NCBI GenBank assembly: GCA_963809485.1
Contig: CAWEJX010000017.1
Location: forward strand, 64,001 to 128,000
DNA: 64,000 bases
Source of the DNA: an uncultured Acidobacteriota bacterium
Lineage (GTDB): Bacteria; Acidobacteriota; UBA6911
Direction: 5' to 3'
Part shown: piece after piece, positions 48,744 to 58,871 of the stretch
Layout of the letters: every line of letters begins with the position of its first letter
Position numbering within the stretch: position 1 is the stretch's first letter
The notes under the pieces: model-generated
What the model saw: only the letters and a program-made list of their open reading frames with translations
Databases searched by the model: none
What the model was told of the DNA's origin: nothing
Translations under genes and position numbers: made by a program

Positions 48744-49661
48744 TTATTTCCCGAAGCGCTCCGGATAGGCCTCGGCCAGAAGAGGCGGGACCGCCGGCGG
48801 CGCAGCATCCAGTTCCTCCATAATCTCCATCGCGTTGACCAGCGCCTGCCCCCGGAAGTGGTTATTCGTGACCGCGTAGGTTTCCTCGGTGCTTTGCTGC
48901 AGCTTGCGTATCTGACTCGATAAATATCGTATTTCGTCCTTCGAATACAGGTAGTCGTAGCGCGCGTCCCGTCCGGCATCTTCCTTGAACCAGTTTGCGT
49001 AGTTGCGCCCGTGCATCCGGAAATACCCCAGTTTCGCCGTGGCATACGCCGCGGGTCTGATCGAGTTGCCGATCAAGGGCTGGTCCACGTTGCAGAAGGC
49101 CACGCCGCGCTCGCGCAAAAAATCGTAAAAAGGATCCCGGTCCCAGCTGCCGTGCCGGACTTCCAGCGCCAGCGGGAAATCGCGCAAATGGCGAAACAAC
49201 CGGTCGAGGTAATCCTGATTCTCCGGTGTGCAGCGAAATCGCCAGGGAAACTGAATGAGAACAGCCCCAAGGACCCCGGCTTCCGCAAGCGGCGCTATCG
49301 AGCCGCGGACCTCACCGCAGTCGGCGGCCAAAGCCGTCTCCTCCGCTGCGGTGCGTTCATGCGAAAGCCGCTGCCAGGCTTTCGCCGTGAATTTGAACCG
49401 TGGATTGTTGCGGACCCGGCGGGCCCACGAGGAGGTGTCCCTGGGACGCGGGGGCGCATAAAAGGAACTGTTGATCTCTATCGTGTCGCAATAATCCGCC
49501 AGAAACGCCAGAGCATCCGAAGATCCGCCGGCGGGATAAACGATACCCTCCCAGTCTTTGTAATTCCACCCTGCTGGTCCGACACGAAGGCTGGAATTAC
49601 GGCCGGGGAGCTGGAATAGAGAGCCTTGTGTTGCCATAGAAACCTCAAACGGCACTTCCAC
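48744..49661 (-). CDS. DUF72 (YecE-like) protein
   Basis: VGPAGWNY.DW.G..YP, TIEINSSFY, L.QFP, EVRH.SW, YFRMHGRN, RYDYLYS, NNH; true start may be 49637. Confidence 0.92.
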   Translation of the reverse strand: MEVPFEVSMATQGSLFQLPGRNSSLRVGPAGWNYKDWEGIVYPAGGSSDALAFLADYCDTIEINSSFYAPPRPRDTSSWARRVRNNPRFKFTAKAWQRLSHERTAAEETALAADCGEVRGSIAPLAEAGVLGAVLIQFPWRFRCTPENQDYLDRLFRHLRDFPLALEVRHGSWDRDPFYDFLRERGVAFCNVDQPLIGNSIRPAAYATAKLGYFRMHGRNYANWFKEDAGRDARYDYLYSKDEIRYLSSQIRKLQQSTEETYAVTNNHFRGQALVNAMEIMEELDAAPPAVPPLLAEAYPERFGK

Positions 49662-49684
49662 CGCCTGCCATGTTCGGTCCCCAT

Positions 49685-50470
49685 TCAGACCAGCACGACC
49701 CCTATCGGCGCACCACTTTTAAGGCCAAGGACCGATGCGGCGGACCCGTTTTTCATTGCAATCTCCAGATACCCGGTCGAGCCGGGAACGATAAATACCT
49801 CCTCGGGAGCGCCCTCAGCATAGGTGGCCCGGAAACTAATTATTTCCCGCTTGCCTGCCAGGATCCTGGATGTGCGCGGCACCTCTGCCGGCACAAGGTT
49901 GGTTATCAGGTTTCCGAACTGATCGACGGCGAGGATCGTGCCCTGGATCAATGCCTCCTTGACTCTTTTGGGGGCCGGTATGTACAGCCGCTCCGGTTCC
50001 GGCACCCTCGGCCCGATCTGATGCAGCGGGATATCCCGGCTGATCCAGGCAGCAATGGGAGCAAAAATGTCGCGCCCATGGAAAGTGGAGGAAACCGGCT
50101 TGCGGAAGTAATGGTCCGACGTGATTTCGTAGGCGGAATAATCCGGTTCGGCCTTATACACGAAAGACAAAATGCCGTTGTCCGGCGCTACAAAGAAATG
50201 CCCGCCGGCCGAAACCGCCAGCGCCTTGCGCGCGGTTCCCACTTCGGGGTCCACCACGGCAAGATGAATCGAGCCCGCCGGGTAGCATGAATACGCCTGC
50301 CCCAGGGTGAAAGCGCCGGTGAATAAATCCAGTGGCGGAACAAGATGGCTTATGTCCACCAGGGTTACGTCAGGATTCACGCTCAGAATCACTCCCTTCA
50401 TGGCCGCAACGAAGTGATCGCGCAATCCAAAATCCGTCAGCAAGGTGATGATGCGCCGCGAATCCCCCAT
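49685..50470 (-). CDS. SAM hydroxide adenosyltransferase / SAM-dependent chlorinase-fluorinase family (DUF62)
   Basis: ITLLTDFG..D.FV..MKGVI, AVVDPEVG, APDNG, STFHGRDIFAP, D.FGNL.TN. Confidence 0.95.
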   Translation of the reverse strand: MGDSRRIITLLTDFGLRDHFVAAMKGVILSVNPDVTLVDISHLVPPLDLFTGAFTLGQAYSCYPAGSIHLAVVDPEVGTARKALAVSAGGHFFVAPDNGILSFVYKAEPDYSAYEITSDHYFRKPVSSTFHGRDIFAPIAAWISRDIPLHQIGPRVPEPERLYIPAPKRVKEALIQGTILAVDQFGNLITNLVPAEVPRTSRILAGKREIISFRATYAEGAPEEVFIVPGSTGYLEIAMKNGSAASVLGLKSGAPIGVVLV

Positions 50471-50577
50471 GTCATTCCTCCGTCTGAAAAAACTCACCGA
50501 TGCACTTCCCGGGAAGACCGGGCGGCTCCGGGGAGCCGTCCACAAAGATCCCCGATAATATGCTATTCTAGGGCATC

Positions 50578-51732
50578 ATGAAGCAAAGAATCTATCTTGA
50601 TAACAGCGCAACAACCCGCGTAGACGAGCGGGTTGTTGAAGCCATGCTGCCCTGTTTCCGCGAAAATTTCGGCAATGCCAGCTCGGTTCATTTGTTTGGC
50701 CAGGAAGCCCGCGCAATCGTCGAAGCTGCCAGGCGGTCCGTTGCCGGCTTGCTGGGTGCGGACACACGGGAAATCGTGTTCACTTCCGGCGGCACCGAAT
50801 CCGACAATTCCGCCCTCTGGGGGATTTTCCGCAGCGGCTACCGCCCCGGCAAACACATCATCACTACCAGAATCGAGCACCCGGCAATACTGGAAACCTG
50901 CAAGGCGCTGGAAAGCGCCGGAGCTGAAATCACCTACTTGCCCGTCGGCAGTTCGGGAAAAGTGGATCCCGAAGCGGTGGAAGCCGCGGTCCGCGGAAAT
51001 ACCATCCTCATATCCGTGATGCACGCAAACAACGAGACCGGAGTGATCCAGCCTGTCACCGAAATAAGTTCCATCGCCAAACGGCACGGGATTTTATTCC
51101 ATACTGATGCAGTGCAATCGGTCGGCAAAATTCCCGTGGACGTCCAGGATCTGGGTGTGGACCTGCTTTCCATTTCAGGCCACAAACTCCATGGCCCGAA
51201 GGGCATTGGAGCCCTGTACGTCCGAAAGGGAACCAGAATGGCCCCGTTCATGACCGGAGGTTCGCAGGAGCGGAAACGCCGGGCGGGCACGGAGAACGTC
51301 CCGGCCATCGCAGGGCTCGGAGCGGCGGCTCTTTTGGCCGGAGAACGGCTGCCGGAAATGAGCACTCGCGTAGCGGAACTGCGGGACCGGCTCCAGGATC
51401 AGGCAATGGCCCGCATTGCCGGCACACGCATTAACGGCCAGGCGTTCCGGCTGCCCAACGTCGCCAATCTCTCTTTTGAAAACCTCGAGGGAGAGGCGGC
51501 AGTCATCGCCCTCGATCTTGAAGGGATCGCGGTTTCGACAGGGTCCGCCTGCTCATCCGGGGCTCTGGAACCCTCGCACGTACTGGTCGCCATGGGACTC
51601 CGGCCGGAAGTTGTTCAGAGCTCCCTGCGGTTCAGCCTATGCTGTTACACCACGCAGGAAGAAATCGACCGCACCGTTCAGACGCTGGAAGCCGTCATCC
51701 AAAGGCTGCGCAAGCTTTCACGGCGCGGGTGA
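50578..51732 (+). CDS. iscS: Cysteine desulfurase (IscS/NifS group)
   Basis: YLDNSATT, FTSGGTESDN, NNETG, HTDAVQ, SGHKLHGPKG, STGSACSSG. Confidence 0.93.
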   Translation: MKQRIYLDNSATTRVDERVVEAMLPCFRENFGNASSVHLFGQEARAIVEAARRSVAGLLGADTREIVFTSGGTESDNSALWGIFRSGYRPGKHIITTRIEHPAILETCKALESAGAEITYLPVGSSGKVDPEAVEAAVRGNTILISVMHANNETGVIQPVTEISSIAKRHGILFHTDAVQSVGKIPVDVQDLGVDLLSISGHKLHGPKGIGALYVRKGTRMAPFMTGGSQERKRRAGTENVPAIAGLGAAALLAGERLPEMSTRVAELRDRLQDQAMARIAGTRINGQAFRLPNVANLSFENLEGEAAVIALDLEGIAVSTGSACSSGALEPSHVLVAMGLRPEVVQSSLRFSLCCYTTQEEIDRTVQTLEAVIQRLRKLSRRG

Positions 51733-51803
51733 AAGCCGAAACCCAATGTCCGCATTTCCGGCAGGCGCGGCCTCCTGGCCGCCTGCGAGATCTTTATGAA
51801 ACT

Positions 51804-52017
51804 GGTAGCCCCCCAGCTCTGCCTGGAGACTCACAGAGTTTGACAGTTCCAGTTTTATTTAACGCCGACATACACGGACAAAACGCTGACGATCGCCGAT
51901 TAATAAGGCAGCGGTCGGTGTGCAAGAGCCAATGTCAGCGGTTAGAGTCAGTGTAGTTCATCCAAGCGCTTTGAGCGGTATACAACCAAATCTCCGCCTC
52001 TGATGGAAGTAGTTGGC
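51804..52017 (+). mobile_element. Diverged IS200/IS605-type MITE, opposite orientation to 55274-55470
   Basis: GGTAGCCCCCCAGCTCTGCCTGGAGACTCACAGAGTTTGACAGTTCC ... AACGCCGAC/AACGCTGAC repeats ... TCCAAGCGCTTTGAGCGGT; colinear with the reverse complement of 55274-55470. Confidence 0.7.
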
Positions 52018-52122
52018 TTCATCGCCGGGCGGCCGGAAGGCGCTCCTAATGAAAATCCGCCGCAATACGGGACATACGCAACAAAACGCTCGCAATATCC
52101 GCAAGAAAAGTCTACCCTGTGA

Positions 52123-53325
52123 ATGCCTATGGATGGTTCGCCAGCAAAAGAAATCACTATCGGTTCCGCTATACCCTACACCCTGATATCCACTGCCGAG
52201 CGCTTCGAGGGCATGCTGAAAAACCTGATCCAGGCGCGCCGCCTGGCTATCGACATGGAAGCCGACAGCCTGTACCACTATTTTGAAAAAGTCTGCCTCA
52301 TCCAGATATCTACCGACCGCGACACCTACATACTCGATCCGCTGGCCGTTGAATCGGTGGCGAAGCTTGCCCCGCTGATGTCCGATCCTGCCGTGGAGAA
52401 GGTTTTTCATGCGGCAAGCTATGACGTTTACTGCCTTCGCCGCGACTATGGTTTTGCGTTCGCCAATATATTCGACACCCACGTCGCGGCCCAATTGCTG
52501 GGCCATGAGTTTCTGGGACTGGGAGTCTTGATGGAAGCGTTCCTCGGTATCCATCATTCGAAAAGGCGGCAGAGGGATGACTGGTCGCGGCGGCCGCTGG
52601 CGGCCGAACAGCTGGAATATGCGGCCATGGATACCCACTACCTGCTTCGATTGAGGGATGTGCTGGAACAGGAGCTGCAGCAGAAGGGGCGGATCAGCTG
52701 GGCGCGCGAGGAATTCGAAACCGAGGCGGCGGTGGAAAAAGTCGAAAAGGAATTCGACACGGAAGGCTTCCGCCGCATCAAGGGCTGCCGCGAACTGCCG
52801 CTTCAGGATCAGGCGGTGCTGAGGGCCCTCTATCTTTTCCGGGACAAGGTGGCCCGGACGCTGGATGTGCCGCCCTTCAAGGTGCTGAACAACTCCGTTC
52901 TCCTCGACCTGGTGCATAAGCCTCCGCAGTCGCCGCGCGACATGTTTAACAGGCACGGAATATCCAACCGGGTTGCCCGGAAATACGCCGGTGAAATACT
53001 GCAGACCATATCGGAAGCCCGTCGGCGAGGCCCGTCCTTTCTGGAAACGCCCGCCCACAATAACGGCAAGGCCCCAAGCCGCGCGGCCAAACGCCGCCTG
53101 GAAGCCTTAAAAGTTTGGCGCAAGGCGAGAGCCCAACAGCTGGAATTGCATGTGGGAGTTGTTTTCCCGGCGAATCTGCTGGAAAATCTGGCCGTCAATC
53201 CTCCCGGCAGCCTGGAGGAACTGTCGACCCTGCCCGGAATGCGCCGCTGGCGTATTCGGGAATTTGGGGAAGATGTGCTTCAGCTCCTTCATACGCAAGG
53301 CTCCCTTGTCGATCCGCCTGTATGA
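52123..53325 (+). CDS. rnd: Ribonuclease D (DEDDy exonuclease + HRDC domains)
   Basis: AIDMEAD, CLIQIS, KVFHAA.YD, FDT.VAA.LLG, DWSRRPL, YAAMD; two HRDC-like domains. Confidence 0.92.
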   Translation: MPMDGSPAKEITIGSAIPYTLISTAERFEGMLKNLIQARRLAIDMEADSLYHYFEKVCLIQISTDRDTYILDPLAVESVAKLAPLMSDPAVEKVFHAASYDVYCLRRDYGFAFANIFDTHVAAQLLGHEFLGLGVLMEAFLGIHHSKRRQRDDWSRRPLAAEQLEYAAMDTHYLLRLRDVLEQELQQKGRISWAREEFETEAAVEKVEKEFDTEGFRRIKGCRELPLQDQAVLRALYLFRDKVARTLDVPPFKVLNNSVLLDLVHKPPQSPRDMFNRHGISNRVARKYAGEILQTISEARRRGPSFLETPAHNNGKAPSRAAKRRLEALKVWRKARAQQLELHVGVVFPANLLENLAVNPPGSLEELSTLPGMRRWRIREFGEDVLQLLHTQGSLVDPPV

Positions 53326-53485
53326 ACGGCTGAAGCGCGATACTTTTGAGGATCCCGATCCCGGGCTTTAGCGTCTGTTCCCTGCCCCGAGTTTGGGTTC
53401 TGAAGGTTGACCGGATCGAATTCGGTAGGGTGAACGGTCGCCTCATTCACCCGTGCTTCTCCGTGTCGAAAGCTGATGCCGAACC

Positions 53486-54499
53486 GTGAAAAACTTTCGC
53501 CTTAAAACAAGCTGGCTCTACCACCCTGTCACGATCTTCCTCCTCATCCAGATCCTCTGGATCCTGCTGATGGTTGTCTGGATACGGTGGTACCTCGAAA
53601 AACATTCCCAGTTGCGCGAAATGGCGCAGAGGCTGAGGACCCAGGTTGAAGTCGAGGGATTCGGCTGGATGCCGCTTTTTGAAGGGGGCCTGCTCCTCAC
53701 CCTGATACTGGCCGGCGTTACCGTGATTTTCATCTACTGGATCAAACAGCACCGCTTGAACAAGATGCAGCGCAATTTCGTCTCCAATGTCACCCACGAG
53801 CTCAAATCCCCCGTCGCTTCAATTCAGCTGGCATTGGAAACCATGGCCCTGCGGGACCTATCGGAAGAGAAAAAGCGCGAATACATTTCCATGATGCTCG
53901 ACGACACCGAGCGTCTGTCGATGCTGATCGACCGGATCCTTGGCGCCGCGAGGATTGAAAGGAAGCAAAGTCGCTACCGGCTGGAGAGCGTCAGCATGCG
54001 CCATTTCCTCGAGGACTTCATTGCCGAAGACCGCCATCTCTACGAAAAGGACCGCCATCTCATCGTGCTCGAAAAGGGCAAGGATGCCCGCGTTGCCATC
54101 GATCGACCCGCAATGCGCGTGGTGCTGGCAAACCTCCTCGAGAACGCGGCCCGGTATTCGCCGCCAGGCTCAAAAATCCGCCTGAAGCTGCACAGGGATT
54201 TGCGCAGCTGCCGCCTGGACGTCATCGACAGCGGGACCGGGATTACGGGCAAAGACCTTAAAAACATCTTCAAAATGTTCTGGAGAGGATCCGAAGGCTC
54301 GGCGGCGCGCGTCCCAGGCACCGGTCTGGGTCTTTATATTGTGCGGAACATCGTGAAGGATCACCACGGAAAGGTCTGGGCTTCAAGCCAGGGAATGGGC
54401 CGCGGAACCACCTTCAGCGTGCGCCTGCCCCGCTCCCGCAAGTATTGGAGCCTTGCCAGGCGCAGAAACCTGAATCCCCAGGCTGAGAGCAGGGCCTGA
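53486..54499 (+). CDS. Sensor histidine kinase (two TM helices, very short external loop)
   Basis: VTHELKSP, NLLENA.RY, D.G.GI, F..F, GTGLGLYIV. Confidence 0.95.
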   Translation: MKNFRLKTSWLYHPVTIFLLIQILWILLMVVWIRWYLEKHSQLREMAQRLRTQVEVEGFGWMPLFEGGLLLTLILAGVTVIFIYWIKQHRLNKMQRNFVSNVTHELKSPVASIQLALETMALRDLSEEKKREYISMMLDDTERLSMLIDRILGAARIERKQSRYRLESVSMRHFLEDFIAEDRHLYEKDRHLIVLEKGKDARVAIDRPAMRVVLANLLENAARYSPPGSKIRLKLHRDLRSCRLDVIDSGTGITGKDLKNIFKMFWRGSEGSAARVPGTGLGLYIVRNIVKDHHGKVWASSQGMGRGTTFSVRLPRSRKYWSLARRRNLNPQAESRA

Positions 54500-54513
54500 A
54501 AGACTGGAATCCG

Positions 54514-55215
54514 ATGAGTGCACCCAAGCGCAGGATACTCCTTGTTGAAGACGAGCTGAACATCGCGCGGCCGGTCCAGTTCAACCTTGAGCAGGAAGGG
54601 TACGAGGTCCGGTCTACCCCCAGCGGCAAAGAGGCGCTGGCGCTGCAGGCACGCGAGCCTTTCGACCTGATCATCCTGGATCTTATGCTGGAGGAGGTGG
54701 ACGGATTCGAAGTGGCGCGCCAGGTTCGCCAGCGCGACAAGAAGCTGCCGATTCTCATGCTCACAGCCAGATCCGCGGTGCAGGACCGCATCCACGGACT
54801 TGAACTGGGCGCGGATGATTACATCGTCAAGCCCTTTCATTTGCGCGAGCTGCTGCTGAGAGTCGAGCGGATGATGCAGCGCTCCTCCTGGTACGCTCCC
54901 GGACCGTACCTCTCAAGAAAAGTAACCGTCGCCAGCTACGTCGTCGATTTCGACAAGCTCAGCTGCGAAGGGCCTGGCGGCAAGCTGCAGCTTACGGCCC
55001 TGGAGGCGGACCTGCTCGAAACTCTGACATCGCAGCCCAACCGCGTTTTCTCGCGGGGCGAGCTCCTGGAAAAAGTATGGGGATATCACTCAGAGGTTGA
55101 AACCCGTACCGTGGATAACTTCATCGTACGCCTGAGAAAGTATTTTGAGACGGAACCGGATCGGCCTCGCCACTTCGTCAGCCTCAGGGGAAAAGGCTAC
55201 ATGTACGTGCCTTGA
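54514..55215 (+). CDS. OmpR/PhoB-family response regulator
   Basis: LVEDE, ILDLML, LTAR, GADDYIVKPF, winged helix (SRGELLEKVWG, RTVDNFIVRLRK). Confidence 0.96.
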   Translation: MSAPKRRILLVEDELNIARPVQFNLEQEGYEVRSTPSGKEALALQAREPFDLIILDLMLEEVDGFEVARQVRQRDKKLPILMLTARSAVQDRIHGLELGADDYIVKPFHLRELLLRVERMMQRSSWYAPGPYLSRKVTVASYVVDFDKLSCEGPGGKLQLTALEADLLETLTSQPNRVFSRGELLEKVWGYHSEVETRTVDNFIVRLRKYFETEPDRPRHFVSLRGKGYMYVP

Positions 55216-55273
55216 GGATTCGTTATTCGGAATTGCGGGTTATGGGTTTTGAATCTCGAATTTCGAATCCCAT

Positions 55274-55470
55274 GTCAGGCACCTCCGGCAAAGCCGGAGG
55301 CTTGAAAGATTGGAACCGCTCAAAGCGGTTGGAGGAGTTACGCCGGTCTTGAACGCTGACTTACGCCGACCCTCGCCGAACAAATCGGCGTCTTTCAGCG
55401 CTTTTATCAGCGTTTCAAAATACGGAGCTGCCAAACTCTTTGAGTCCACCGGCAGAGCCGGGGGTTTACC
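55274..55470 (-). mobile_element. Non-autonomous IS200/IS605-type element (MITE), best-preserved copy
   Basis: Hairpins CCTCCGGCAAAGCCGGAGG and CCACCGGCAGAGCCGGGGG, AACCGCTCAAAGCGGTT, inverted AACGCTGA...TCAGCGTT core; no tnpA/tnpB. Confidence 0.8.
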
Positions 55471-55477
55471 AATGTAA

Positions 55478-56398
55478 TTACGGCTGAGCCGCTTTGGGCG
55501 CGTAGTAGCCTTTTCTCGCGCGAATCCGCACGCCGTTCCCTTTGCATCGAACAGAGATCGCGCGAAATTTGCCGTCCTTGTTTTTGTTGGTCGAACTGTA
55601 GGCCAGGCTGTATTGCCCCAGGAGTTCCTCCCCGATGGAGCGGAAAGCAGCCTGTATCTCCTCAAGGCGGGCCCGCGGCGAGAAAAAGGCTCCCCCTGTT
55701 TCCTCGGCGAATTTCTTGAGCACGCCAAAATTGCTGCCGTATTCGTCACTGCGGACCCCGATCCCGTAAATGAGCACATCGCTTCGCTGGGCGGCCTCGA
55801 TGGCCGCCTCTTTGCGCAGTTTGCTGGAAGTGTCCTCGCCGTCGCTGATCACAACCATAACCTTCCGCCCCGCTTCGTGGCGCAGCTTCTCTTCGGCGGC
55901 GAGAAAAACTGCGTCATACAGTGAGGTGCTGTTCCCGGCCTTGAGGCCGTTCAGAGCGTTGATGAGATCATCCTGACTTTGTGTAAAGTCCTGAACCAGG
56001 TTTACCTCTGAGTCAAACTGGATGATCAGAGCCAGGTCTTTGTTGGGCCGAAGCACTTCCCTGAAAAACTCCGCAGCCGTGGTTTTTTCATAGTCCAGCT
56101 TGTTTCTCACGCTGCCGCTGGTATCGATGAGCAAAGCGATCGTGAGGGGCACCTGACTGCCCTTGCCCAATTCGCTGAAATACTCGATGGTCTGGGGCTG
56201 CCCGTTTTCAGTTATCTGGAAATCATTCGCCTTTAGGCCTCGAACCGGCCTTCCGCCCCGGTCCACGGCTGTGAAAATAACGTCCACCAGCGCAACTTCG
56301 GCCCGGATGATCGTCTGCGAATCCTGTCCGGAGACTTCGGCGGCCAGAAAGCCGGGAATCATCAAAACCATAATTATTGAACCTAGCAGAAGCTTCAT
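55478..56398 (-). CDS. VWA domain protein (acidobacterial VWFA type), secreted
   Basis: Signal peptide; V.GL...DF...ENG.PQ.I, DTSGS MIDAS, T.LYDAV, RK.MVVISDGED, ETGG, QY.L.Y, R.GYYAP. Confidence 0.92.
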   Translation of the reverse strand: MKLLLGSIIMVLMIPGFLAAEVSGQDSQTIIRAEVALVDVIFTAVDRGGRPVRGLKANDFQITENGQPQTIEYFSELGKGSQVPLTIALLIDTSGSVRNKLDYEKTTAAEFFREVLRPNKDLALIIQFDSEVNLVQDFTQSQDDLINALNGLKAGNSTSLYDAVFLAAEEKLRHEAGRKVMVVISDGEDTSSKLRKEAAIEAAQRSDVLIYGIGVRSDEYGSNFGVLKKFAEETGGAFFSPRARLEEIQAAFRSIGEELLGQYSLAYSSTNKNKDGKFRAISVRCKGNGVRIRARKGYYAPKAAQP

Positions 56399-56492
56399 AG
56401 TTTTGATCGAGGCCGCGTCGCCATGCCGGCTGATTCGCCGGTCCCAGGGGTGCGTCCGTGATCCTTTCCACCAATAGGGATGCAGATTTCGG

Positions 56493-57203
56493 CTATGAGT
56501 TTTCCCGGGAGAACAAAATGCGGGAGCAGCTGTCGCAGAATTGTATGTTTTCCGTGCGGAGCAGATCGGCATACATCTGCGGCCGTATGCGGACATGGCA
56601 AGCGCTGCAAAGCTCGTCTTTAGCCTCAGCCAGAGCAATCCCTTTCCGCACCTCCGCGATCCGCCGATAGCGGGAGAGCAGCTCCGCCTCGATGCGGGAC
56701 TCCATCCCGGCCCTTTCCTCTTCCAGCTTCGCGAGTTCCAGTTCCAGCACCGGGGCGGATTCGTTCGTTTGCCGGATAGCTTCCTGGAGTTCAGCGGTTC
56801 TCCTCGAAACTTCCTTCTCGGAAGTCTTGAGATCATTATCCATGCCCTCTGCCTCTTCCATGACTTCCAGTATCTTGTCCTCTTCGCCCCGGATGTGCTC
56901 CTCGGCCGTCTGGATTTCATGGAGCATGGCGGTATATTCCTTGTTGGTCTTGACCGACATGAGCTGGTCCTTGAGCCGTGAAAGCTTGGATCTGAGCATA
57001 TCAACATCACCCTCGAGGGTTCGCCTGCGGTTGGAGAGCTCCTTCGTGCGCACGACGCGCGCCTGGTGCTCGGTCTGAACCTGTTGAAGCTCGTTGTTCA
57101 GGCTTTGGACATGAGTTGGAATACTGGAGATCTGTTTATGCAGACTGGCGATCTTAAGCTCGATGTCTTGAAGGGCTATCAGGTTCCGAAGCTCGGGATT
57201 CAC
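56493..57203 (-). CDS. Coiled-coil protein with C-terminal C4 zinc ribbon (DUF164-like)
   Basis: LIALQDIE, KTNKEY.A...EI, CSACH..RPQ, FCDSCSRILF. Confidence 0.92.
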   Translation of the reverse strand: MNPELRNLIALQDIELKIASLHKQISSIPTHVQSLNNELQQVQTEHQARVVRTKELSNRRRTLEGDVDMLRSKLSRLKDQLMSVKTNKEYTAMLHEIQTAEEHIRGEEDKILEVMEEAEGMDNDLKTSEKEVSRRTAELQEAIRQTNESAPVLELELAKLEEERAGMESRIEAELLSRYRRIAEVRKGIALAEAKDELCSACHVRIRPQMYADLLRTENIQFCDSCSRILFSRENS

Positions 57204-57329
57204 CTGGTTGCCCCCTCCAAGTTTGAATGACCGGAGGAGGACACCGCCCGCAGCTGAAGCGGGCTATCGTACCTGCAATCTCGGCATGGGTTGCGCTGTG
57301 CTACCATATTATCCGTCTACAAACGGCTT

Positions 57330-57359
57330 AATATATACTTTGGAAACCGGATCTGTCAA
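57330..57359 (-). promoter_or_regulatory. Putative sigma70 promoter for the zinc-ribbon/VWA genes
   Basis: Minus strand TTGACA-18 bp-TATATT. Confidence 0.45.
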
Positions 57360-57399
57360 TGTCGCCCTTAAATCGGATTCACCGGAGAACCCTTCAAAT

Positions 57400-57882
57400 A
57401 TGAGAGCCGTCGTTCAGAGAGTCAGCCGTGCAGAGGTTGTAGTAGGGAATGAGTCCGTGGCCCGCATAGGGGAAGGACTTCTGGCGCTGGTAGCCATCTC
57501 GCGCCGGGACAGCGAGAGAGACCTGAACTGGATGGCCAGGAAGATAATCGAATTGCGGATCTTCGACGACAGCCACGGTAAGCTGAATCTGAGCCTAAAG
57601 GATATCGGCGGCCAGCTGCTCCTGGTATCGCAGTTCACTCTTTATGGAGACTGCCAGAAGGGCCGCCGTCCTTCCTACATAGAAGCCGCCGCTCCCGCGC
57701 AAGCCGAGGCTCTTTACCGCGATTTTGTTGAAATCGTCCGCGGGCAGATCCCCGGAGTTCAGACGGGGCAATTTCAGGCCTCGATGGAAGTCTCCCTGAC
57801 GAATTCGGGCCCCGTCACCCTGATTCTCGACAGCCCAAAGTGGGACAGTCACCAGTGTCCCCATCAGGATGGCCGTGGATGA
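57400..57882 (+). CDS. dtd: D-aminoacyl-tRNA deacylase
   Basis: MRAVVQRVS.A.V, LRIF.D..GKLN.S, VSQFTLYGD..KGRRPS, TG.F.A.M.V.L.N.GPVT.ILDS. Confidence 0.97.
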   Translation: MRAVVQRVSRAEVVVGNESVARIGEGLLALVAISRRDSERDLNWMARKIIELRIFDDSHGKLNLSLKDIGGQLLLVSQFTLYGDCQKGRRPSYIEAAAPAQAEALYRDFVEIVRGQIPGVQTGQFQASMEVSLTNSGPVTLILDSPKWDSHQCPHQDGRG

Positions 57883-57931
57883 GCGTCACTACTTTCCCTG
57901 CGCAAGTGGGACACTTGTGACTGTCCCACTT
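57838..57931. repeat. Inverted pair of palindromic REP-like units overlapping the dtd 3' end
   Basis: AAGTGGGACAGTCACCAGTGTCCC (57838-) and AAGTGGGACACTTGTGACTGTCCCACTT (57904-57931) are reverse complements with one mismatch. Confidence 0.8.
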
Positions 57932-57968
57932 GATTATGGGGGAGCTGCTTCCGTAAGATTGCTATGGT

Positions 57969-58559
57969 ATGAATTCGAACAAATTTCGCGTGAACCTGCT
58001 CTTTGCCCTTGTGGTTGCAGCGCTTGGATTGACCGCCGTCACTTTCCTTCTCAGGAATCGGGATCAGACGCCGATTCGTCCGCCCGCGGCTGAGGGTGCG
58101 TCCGGCAGTTCGTTGCCCGAAAACCATCCCCCGCTCGACTCCGCAAAAAATCTTGCGGCGCTCGAGCAGCTGAGCGCAAAGGATCCTGCAAACGCCGATT
58201 ACGTGACACAGATTGCGAATATATATTATGACCTCGGCCAGTACGAAAAGGCCGCCGACGCCTATCAGAGGAGCCTGAAGGTCCGCCCCGGGGACGCGAG
58301 CGCGGAAACCGACCTTGCTTCCTGCTTCCATTACCTGGGTCAGCACGACAAAGCCCTGGAAACGCTGAACAATGTTCTGACATACAGTCCGAACTTCGCC
58401 CAAGCCCTTTTCAATAAAGGGATTGTTTTGATAAGCGGCAAGAAGGATATCCGCGGCGGGATTGCGGTTTGGGAAGAGTTGCTTCGACTGGATCCCGATT
58501 TTTCACGGAAAGCGGATCTGGAACAAAGGATCAACAGACTGAAGGCGTCCGCCAAATAG
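57969..58559 (+). CDS. Membrane-anchored TPR protein
   Basis: N-terminal TM helix, LPENHPPL, TPRs (ANIYYDLGQY..A..Y, ALFNKGIV). Confidence 0.85.
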   Translation: MNSNKFRVNLLFALVVAALGLTAVTFLLRNRDQTPIRPPAAEGASGSSLPENHPPLDSAKNLAALEQLSAKDPANADYVTQIANIYYDLGQYEKAADAYQRSLKVRPGDASAETDLASCFHYLGQHDKALETLNNVLTYSPNFAQALFNKGIVLISGKKDIRGGIAVWEELLRLDPDFSRKADLEQRINRLKASAK

Positions 58560-58580
58560 GCGTCCGACTATCGCAAAACT

Positions 58581-58871
58581 ATGCTCTCAATACTGCTTAG
58601 AATATTGTCGCTGGCGTTCGTTATCTGGCTCCTGAGACGCTTTCTGGCCGCCATACTGGGCAAAACGGGTTCCGGCAAGCCCGCGAGCAATTTCCCAAAA
58701 TCAGCGCAAAAAATGGTCAAAGACCCTGTCTGCGGAATGTATATGGATTCGCGGCTGGCTGTCCGGCTTGAGGAGGGCAAGGAGGTTGTCTATTTCTGTT
58801 CCGAGGGCTGCAGGAATAAGTACCTCAAAAAGCCGCCCGCTGACGTGGCCGGGCCGGCCGCAGCAGGCTAG
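58581..58871 (+). CDS. YHS/TRASH metal-binding domain protein with N-terminal TM helix
   Basis: MVKDPVCGMY...YFCSEGC..KY. Confidence 0.88.
   Translation: MLSILLRILSLAFVIWLLRRFLAAILGKTGSGKPASNFPKSAQKMVKDPVCGMYMDSRLAVRLEEGKEVVYFCSEGCRNKYLKKPPADVAGPAAAG

Noticed and set aside
49685-50470. Halogenase (fluorinase/chlorinase) natural-product cluster
   Set aside because: Housekeeping context; most DUF62 members are SAM hydrolases and there are no biosynthetic genes nearby.
56399-57010. N-terminal 204-aa extension of the VWA ORF (55478..57010)
   Set aside because: It overlaps the zinc-ribbon gene in another frame; a signal peptide begins at ATG 56398.
57204-57330. 6S RNA or RNase P RNA near the zinc-ribbon gene
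   Set aside because: Too short and no conserved signature recognised; it is more simply a 5' leader.
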